From Bacteroidaceae bacterium (lineage in GTDB: Bacteria > Bacteroidota > Bacteroidia > Bacteroidales > Bacteroidaceae): 64,000 nucleotides of DNA. The notes beneath the pieces were generated by a model, which saw only the letters and a list, made by a program, of their open reading frames with translations, had not been told where the DNA came from and ran no database searches. Both the position numbers and the translations under genes were made by a program. This document shows positions 58,596 to 64,000 of the stretch, piece by piece. The stretch lies in assembly GCA_045603885.1 (NCBI GenBank), contig JAZUMZ010000085.1, forward strand, positions 132 to 64,131, in the 5' to 3' direction. Position 1 is the stretch's first letter; each line of letters starts with the position of its first letter.

Positions 58596-58642
58596 CGTTT
58601 GAATAACAAAGTTAAGAATAACCTATACAAAAACAAATTAAC

Positions 58643-59257
58643 ATGAAAACATTAATATCAATTATTGTGCTATTGTTATCAACAATCACAGCTCAAGGAC
58701 AATACGCTAATAACACATATACAGTAAATATCCCTGGAGTTTCGAGTATTATATTATTTTATCCAAGTGACTATGATGCTTCCAGATCATCTTCAGAAGC
58801 AGGTCCCTTTGACGGTGCAAATATTATGGGTACATATTATTCCGATATAGATGGCGTAATACGCATAGAACTCACAAAAGGGTATTATGAATATATAACA
58901 GAAAAAAACGGAATGAATGGAAGTTTTTTAATATCCGACCGCAACGTATATTTTAATATTTTAGAACTTCCCCCACTTTTTAGTATTGACACAGGGAAAG
59001 TACTTTCTCAAGCATATCAATATCTGTCTAACAAGCAGAAAAAGAGAGCACGAGAATTATTTCAAATAGCAGCTGATGCCGGTAATGTGAAAGCTATGTT
59101 TACCTATGCACGAATGTGTTACAACGGAATGGGAGGTGGAAAAAACAAGAATAATGCTTATCACTGTATAGTAGAAGCACAGAAACACGGTGATTCTATA
59201 GCTTCTTATTTCCTTGAAAACTTTAAGGACAAGAGGATTTGGAAATGGCATCTATAA
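58643..59257 (+). CDS. Secreted protein with N-terminal beta-rich domain and C-terminal Sel1-like repeats (paralog of 52251-52862)
   Basis: Signal peptide ...ITAQG|Q. Shared blocks YTVNIPG, GTYYSDIDGVIRIELTKGYYEY, AADAGNVKAMFTYARMCYNGMGGGKNKNNAYH, and the shared ending FKDK.(I/V)WKW(H/Y)L. Confidence 0.7.
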   Translation: MKTLISIIVLLLSTITAQGQYANNTYTVNIPGVSSIILFYPSDYDASRSSSEAGPFDGANIMGTYYSDIDGVIRIELTKGYYEYITEKNGMNGSFLISDRNVYFNILELPPLFSIDTGKVLSQAYQYLSNKQKKRARELFQIAADAGNVKAMFTYARMCYNGMGGGKNKNNAYHCIVEAQKHGDSIASYFLENFKDKRIWKWHL

Positions 59258-59474
59258 ACAGTTTTGCATAATGTATGCTTTAAATACAAAAGAATGAATG
59301 AAGACTGTTTGATTGCTTCGGGAATTCGTGTGGTAATTCCTATGCTTTTGCCCTTGCTGGGCGATGGTTTATCTTTACACTATTACCCTGAGGTGTCCTG
59401 AGGGCTTAGAAAGCATTAGCCTTTCAGGCAGCTGAACACGAAATAATACAAGATTCCCGAAACAATGCCGAGGG

Positions 59475-60724
59475 TTAGACATTATCCCACCTGTAGCAAT
59501 AGGGTTCAAGTATTTTGTGATTAATCTGTAACTCAGAAGCTGTTTTGCGCCAATCATTTATGGCGTCACGAACCTCGTCAATTATCTCAGTTGCGACCTC
59601 CCTCTCAAGCATATAGTATTCGCTTGCAGCGAGTAAGACATTTATGTCCGACTCTTCAGTGTATGCATCGATGAGCAAACACTGGTTAGATTTAGCCCCC
59701 GGATTGATGTCATAGGCAGGAGAGAGTGTCCAGCCTTTCGGGGTAAGCAGGAAGCCGTGATTGCGAAAGTGGTCATCAGTGTTGCCGAACATGATGTTGA
59801 ATGCCACTCTTCTATATAGTTCTCTGAGATTTTGGTGTACACCAGTGCAACCATGAAGTATGAAATCCACTATATCCAGATAACCATTGCCAGTGTTGCA
59901 TCCAGCTCCATCGTCAAGCCCAAGCAACGACATAGCTGAAGCAAAATGGATTCGATGTCCATCCTTTGTCCTGTCAAAACGCTCAGAGAGCAAAAGGTCG
60001 CGGTCTTTTGCAATCTTAACGGTTCGTGTCTTTGCCACCTTAATCCCGGCTTTGGCCGCAAGTTGATGAGAGAAATGTTCAATGAGCTCTGTATTCTCAA
60101 GGTCCTTTTTTGACGGAAATTTAGCCACATACAGTTTGCCATCGGTATCAACAATATTAGCCTTGGGACGCGCACCATCGAGCGAGGTTCCCGGGTCAAT
60201 CAGCTGATCAAGCCACCGTTGTTGAGGCAATTCGTTTCGTTCCTCCGCCAACTCGATCTCGTGACAGGCCTCACACAATCACGCAGACTCTCAATTGGAG
60301 GGACATGGTGTTTCGTACTTGCGTTGATGTAGCTATCGCTGTTTTCCTCTTTGTAACGTATGCCGCCCATACGAGTGAAGTCCTCAATACCGATAAGGTA
60401 GTCAAAGTCAGTGAGCATACGTTTCGGCCTCCTTTCTGCTTGTGCAGTCAGCCGCTCTCTGCGGTCAAGCAACAAACCTCCCCAACGGTCAGGGAAAGAA
60501 TCCTTGATGAAGCCGAAAACATTATCACTGCCGCGTGGATGCTGCAACGAGGGGACATTCATAAGATCACCGCTTAGAAGAATGCCGCCATACTGTTTCA
60601 GCCAGTCATTCGAAAACTCAAAGAAAAAATGGTCTTTGCCACGAACGTGTTCGTAGCCTAATATTCCTATTTCCATCGGGGAAGAGAGGAAATCAAAATC
60701 CGCACAAACTATTATTCTTTTCAT
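59475..60724 (-). pseudogene. hipA: HipA-family kinase toxin gene, frameshifted
   Basis: The N-terminal HipA domain ORF (60200-60724) and the C-terminal kinase ORF (59475-60278: GTSLDGARPKA...NTDDHFRNHGF) overlap in different frames. The frame changes near 60255-60285. Confidence 0.7.
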
Positions 60725-60801
60725 CGATTATTTAGAAAGGCCATACAAACAGTACATTTACATAAGTATATACCCATCCACTTTCTTTATCATTCTATGG
60801 T

Positions 60802-61074
60802 TTACTTCCTTAGTAATTCTGCATCCTGAAGCTGTCTGCCAAGGGGGTCATCGGCAGCAAGCAGGACGATGTCGTATTCCAAATTAAGTGCAAAGAGTAC
60901 GCGCACATAAATCCCCATGGATACCGTCGGGTCGCCATGCTCCACCTTTGAGACCGTCAGACATTTCACAGTTGCCCTGTCCGCTATGTCCTGCATAGAA
61001 AGATGCCGGCGCTTTCAAGCCAGCATTATCTGCTCACCCATTATCTTCACTTTCTGGCTCAATGCTCTTGGCAT
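60802..61074 (-). pseudogene. hipB: HipB-like XRE-family HTH antitoxin gene with an internal nonsense codon
   Basis: MPRALSQKVKIMGEQIMLA*KRRHLSMQDIADRATV... The TGA at 61015-61017 sits where XRE proteins have LARKRR (a CGA to TGA type change). Confidence 0.65.
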
Positions 61075-61188
61075 CGTTTTACCGAATGTATTTTCCCCCA
61101 TAATTGTATCTTATTGTGTGCAAAATTACATAAAAATGTTTAATATAACAAACATTATTTGAAAATAATTGGGACGTAATCGTAATTA

Positions 61189-63723
61189 CTAACCGAAGAG
61201 GCGTCCGAGCATACCGAGCACGTTGCGAACGCTGTCTTTGTCAGGAACCGGTATGTTCAATGTGGCCGCACCGGTTTTCTCATCTGTTTTGACAATTGTG
61301 TTGAGCAGCTCTTCTGTGGATTCAGGCGATTTCAAGGTCTCCGCCAAAGAGGTAAAGAAGGAGACTCCTTGCGTTATGAGGTGTTTCGTATCCGGTTTAC
61401 CGCCGTCCATCGGTTCTGTCTTATTGGCAGGAGCGTCCTCCTGTTCCGTTTTTTGCTCCGGCTCACCCTGTTCAGGGTCAGGTGTGGTGTCATCTGTCTC
61501 GGATGGTTTGAACGGCAATTCCGGTTGGCTGCCCGTCTCAGAAGTCTCGGTCTTCTCAATATCCTGCTCGTTGACGGTTGCAGGCTTGGCCTTTTCCTCG
61601 CTGTCATCAATCATATCGTCCAGCGTCTCCATCATCTCGTCGAGCTTGCTCTTATCTCCAGTAAATATAGTGTCAACCCCATTGTCGAGCACCCCCTCAA
61701 ACATCGCTGATTTAAACCTCAACGTATCAAGCATCCGCTCCTCAATAGTATCTGTGGCCACGAGATTTATGACCTGCACATTGCGCTCCTGACCAATCCT
61801 ATATACTCTGGCGATGCGCTGCTCCAGTATAGCCGGATTCCATGGCAGGTCTATGTTTATCACAGTCGCGGCAGCTTGCAGGTTCAAGCCGGTACTACCT
61901 GCGTCGGTAGATAGGAATACCCGGCAATCCGGATTGTCGGCAAAGCTGTCAATCAGCTCTTTCCTCTTCTTTGACGGCACAGCTCCGTGAAGGTTAGCAA
62001 AGCCAATACCAGACTTGTCCAATTCGTTTGCAATAAGTCTGGTCATCCGCTCCCATTGGCTGAACACCACCACTTTCTCCTCATCGTTGGTAGAAACCAG
62101 GTCATTAATAATATTCATCACCTCATCCACCTTCGTGTCATAGCGTGATTTCTGATCCAGAATAAACGTGCTGTCGCACAGCATTCTCATCTGCGACAGG
62201 CACAGAATCAGACGTGTGCGGTCGGCCTCCGGCAGGAATCTGAGGCGCTTCCATTTCTGAAGGATCCGGCTGACAATTGATTTCAGCTCGTCGTGCATAT
62301 CCATCTGAGTGTCAGTCATCGGCACATACAAAATCTTGTCCTGTCTTGAAGGCAGCTGAAGTCTCACCTGTTTCTTTGTCCTGCGAATCAACCTTGACTT
62401 TATAGTCTCGCCTACCTGATTAAGGTTCTTGTATGCAATCAGCTTTCCTATGTCGTTGGTCTCTATGTGTTCATTCTTGAATTTGTAGAACGGTCCCAGA
62501 CAATACTGGTCAGCGAGCTGCATGACAGAGTACAGCTCCTCGAGTCTGTTCTCCAAGGGCGTTCCTGAGAGAATCACGGAGTAACGCGAATTTATTTTCC
62601 TTGCCGCCTGAGCGATTTGTGTCTTCCAGTTTTTAAGCCGTTGCACCTCGTCCATGATCAGCATGTCAACATCCATACCTCCAAGAATCTTGACATCGTT
62701 GCACACTGCGTTATACGACACGATCTTGTAGGCGAACTGAACCGACGGAGAGTATTGGCTTTTACGTTTAAGATGGTTACCCTCGACAACGAGGACCTCC
62801 TTGCCCGTGAACCGCTCTATCTCGCGTTTCCATTGATACTTGAGTGATGTGGGACAAACCACAAGCACAGACTCAACATATCCGTATTTTTGGAACATCT
62901 CAGCCGCAGTTATAGCCTGTATGGTTTTACCCAGTCCCATTTCGTCGGCTATTACGGCTTTTCCCTGAGTGAAAGCAAAGCGTACACCTTCTTTCTGGTA
63001 AGGATACAGCGATGTGTTCTTCAGTATGGCATCCAATTCCGAGTCTTTAAGACTGCTTTCAATCGCCTTTCGTTCTTTTTGCTCTCTTCGCTCTATTATA
63101 AAGTCCAACGCATCTCGATAGAAACGGAAATTCGGGTCTATGGCCAGGGCTTCGCTCATCAGCTCAGGATAAAGGTCGAACGCAGATTCGGACATCACGC
63201 CGTTGTCGTCAAAATATTTTTCCTGTAGTCTTCTGAATTCCTCCCTGTGCTCTGATCCTACACGAATTCTGACCTGACGATCTCCTTTGTATGAAAGGTA
63301 AACAGAAGAATAAGCAGGCAGCGCACGGCGCACCCTAAATTTCTTCTGACCGGAAAGCCACAATTTCACTTTCTCTATATGCTTGCATGTACCTAACTGA
63401 GAAGTTTTGAAATCCTGACATGAGCAGAAGTTCCATGGGCTAAGATGACCTCTGTAAACAACCTTATACTTGTTTCTGGTCATAGGATTGCTGACCACGT
63501 ATTCACCAGGAAGCTCGCTGTCATCTACAGGATAGCATCCCATAGGCTCTTCGGCCGCAATCTGCTGCCGCAGTTTTATCTGCCATTCCTCGAGGCCCAT
63601 TTTCTCCGGCTTGTAGATCCATGACAATTTGGGCTTATGCGCCTTACTACTTCTTCTGGCTTTTCTTTTAGTGGCCGAGTTCTTTTTAGTTGTTGAACTT
63701 CTTTTCTTATAACTGGTGTTCAT
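61189..63723 (-). CDS. SNF2-family helicase with N-terminal SWIM zinc finger
   Basis: SWIM motif CSCQDFKTSQLGTCKHI. Helicase motif I ADEMGLGKT and motif II MDEVQRLKN. Helicase-C blocks LSTDAGSTGLNL and QRIARVYRIGQ. Acidic low-complexity C-terminal ~150 aa. Confidence 0.9.
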   Translation of the reverse strand: MNTSYKKRSSTTKKNSATKRKARRSSKAHKPKLSWIYKPEKMGLEEWQIKLRQQIAAEEPMGCYPVDDSELPGEYVVSNPMTRNKYKVVYRGHLSPWNFCSCQDFKTSQLGTCKHIEKVKLWLSGQKKFRVRRALPAYSSVYLSYKGDRQVRIRVGSEHREEFRRLQEKYFDDNGVMSESAFDLYPELMSEALAIDPNFRFYRDALDFIIERREQKERKAIESSLKDSELDAILKNTSLYPYQKEGVRFAFTQGKAVIADEMGLGKTIQAITAAEMFQKYGYVESVLVVCPTSLKYQWKREIERFTGKEVLVVEGNHLKRKSQYSPSVQFAYKIVSYNAVCNDVKILGGMDVDMLIMDEVQRLKNWKTQIAQAARKINSRYSVILSGTPLENRLEELYSVMQLADQYCLGPFYKFKNEHIETNDIGKLIAYKNLNQVGETIKSRLIRRTKKQVRLQLPSRQDKILYVPMTDTQMDMHDELKSIVSRILQKWKRLRFLPEADRTRLILCLSQMRMLCDSTFILDQKSRYDTKVDEVMNIINDLVSTNDEEKVVVFSQWERMTRLIANELDKSGIGFANLHGAVPSKKRKELIDSFADNPDCRVFLSTDAGSTGLNLQAAATVINIDLPWNPAILEQRIARVYRIGQERNVQVINLVATDTIEERMLDTLRFKSAMFEGVLDNGVDTIFTGDKSKLDEMMETLDDMIDDSEEKAKPATVNEQDIEKTETSETGSQPELPFKPSETDDTTPDPEQGEPEQKTEQEDAPANKTEPMDGGKPDTKHLITQGVSFFTSLAETLKSPESTEELLNTIVKTDEKTGAATLNIPVPDKDSVRNVLGMLGRLFG

Positions 63724-63848
63724 AATTCTAAATTATACTGCACGTCGGGTCAAAGTTCCTTAGGGTGATTCAAAAAATTCGTTTTTGATTATATCAGAAA
63801 ATCACTTGTCTTTGCGGGCACATACAAAATAATAAATGTTTATCAACC

Positions 63849-64000
63849 TTATGCCTTTTCGATTTTGCAGGTGTGGGATTTGGACTTGGTGTCGTAGTTG
63901 ATGCCGACAAGGAGGATGTCGGTGGTGTATTCGTTGACTTTGGAGATGTAGTCGCGTGAGCGGATTTGAGATATCGCCGCCTCTGGGGTAGCGTCTTTCT
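63849..64000 (-). CDS. 3' end of a PD-(D/E)XK nuclease-family (AAA-ATPase-like/PDDEXK_9 type) gene; the remainder is off the right edge
   Basis: Minus-strand translation ...KDATPEAAISQIRSRDYISKVNEYTTDILLVGINYDTKSKSHTCKIEKA* resembles the C-terminus of that Bacteroidales family (from memory). Confidence 0.45.
   Translation of the reverse strand, partial: KDATPEAAISQIRSRDYISKVNEYTTDILLVGINYDTKSKSHTCKIEKA

Noticed and set aside
60200-60285. Programmed ribosomal frameshift in hipA.
   Set aside because: No slippery heptamer or downstream structure was noticed. The cognate hipB also carries a nonsense codon, so plain pseudogenisation (or a sequencing error) is the simpler explanation.

Overview
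Chromosomal window from a Bacteroidota (Bacteroidales-like) genome. The phylum call rests on TAnnTTTG -7 promoter boxes upstream of start codons, no Shine-Dalgarno sequences, TonB-dependent receptor/lipoprotein loci, lipoprotein Cys followed by acidic residues, and Gln at +1 of almost every predicted signal-peptidase-I site. Layout: (1) 1-6.4 kb holds a TonB receptor, two lipoproteins and a NucA-type nuclease, a probable extracellular nucleic-acid scavenging locus. (2) 6.4-31.4 kb is a housekeeping block: DUF6057-like membrane protein, beta-propeller lipoprotein, S9 peptidase, MATE, hpt, adk, obg, ispD, ribH, tamB, nadE, GH2 beta-galactosidase and a second TonB receptor. (3) 31.4-41.0 kb is AT-rich accessory island A. 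It has a gene-poor stretch and a decayed RecG-like ATPase gene, then a ~430-bp promoter+leader element driving a 7-gene operon of exported/outer-membrane proteins of unknown function. After the operon come a hipA 3' relic and a Sel1-repeat gene. (4) 41.3-48.0 kb is core: gdhA, comF, a receiver-PEP/pyruvate-binding protein and nhaC. (5) 48.0-61.1 kb is AT-rich accessory island B. It starts with a truncated HEPN/MNT pair and a second copy of the same ~430-bp leader (roughly 85-90% identical by eye). Next comes an array of paralogous small secreted proteins ending in an acidic-Trp C-terminus, plus Sel1-repeat proteins. Embedded in the array is a RiPP-type cluster: two Cys-rich double-glycine precursors, a C39-peptidase ABC exporter, a radical SAM/SPASM maturase and a small 3xCxxC membrane protein. 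A decayed hipBA module follows. (6) The window ends with an SNF2/SWIM helicase and the 3' end of a PD-(D/E)XK-type gene. No rRNA, tRNA, CRISPR array, transposase or integrase was recognised. The most interesting items are the rSAM/SPASM peptide cluster, the paralogous secreted-protein array around it, and the long duplicated leader shared by two otherwise unrelated exported-protein operons. All family names come from motif recognition by eye and memory; no searches or computations were run.
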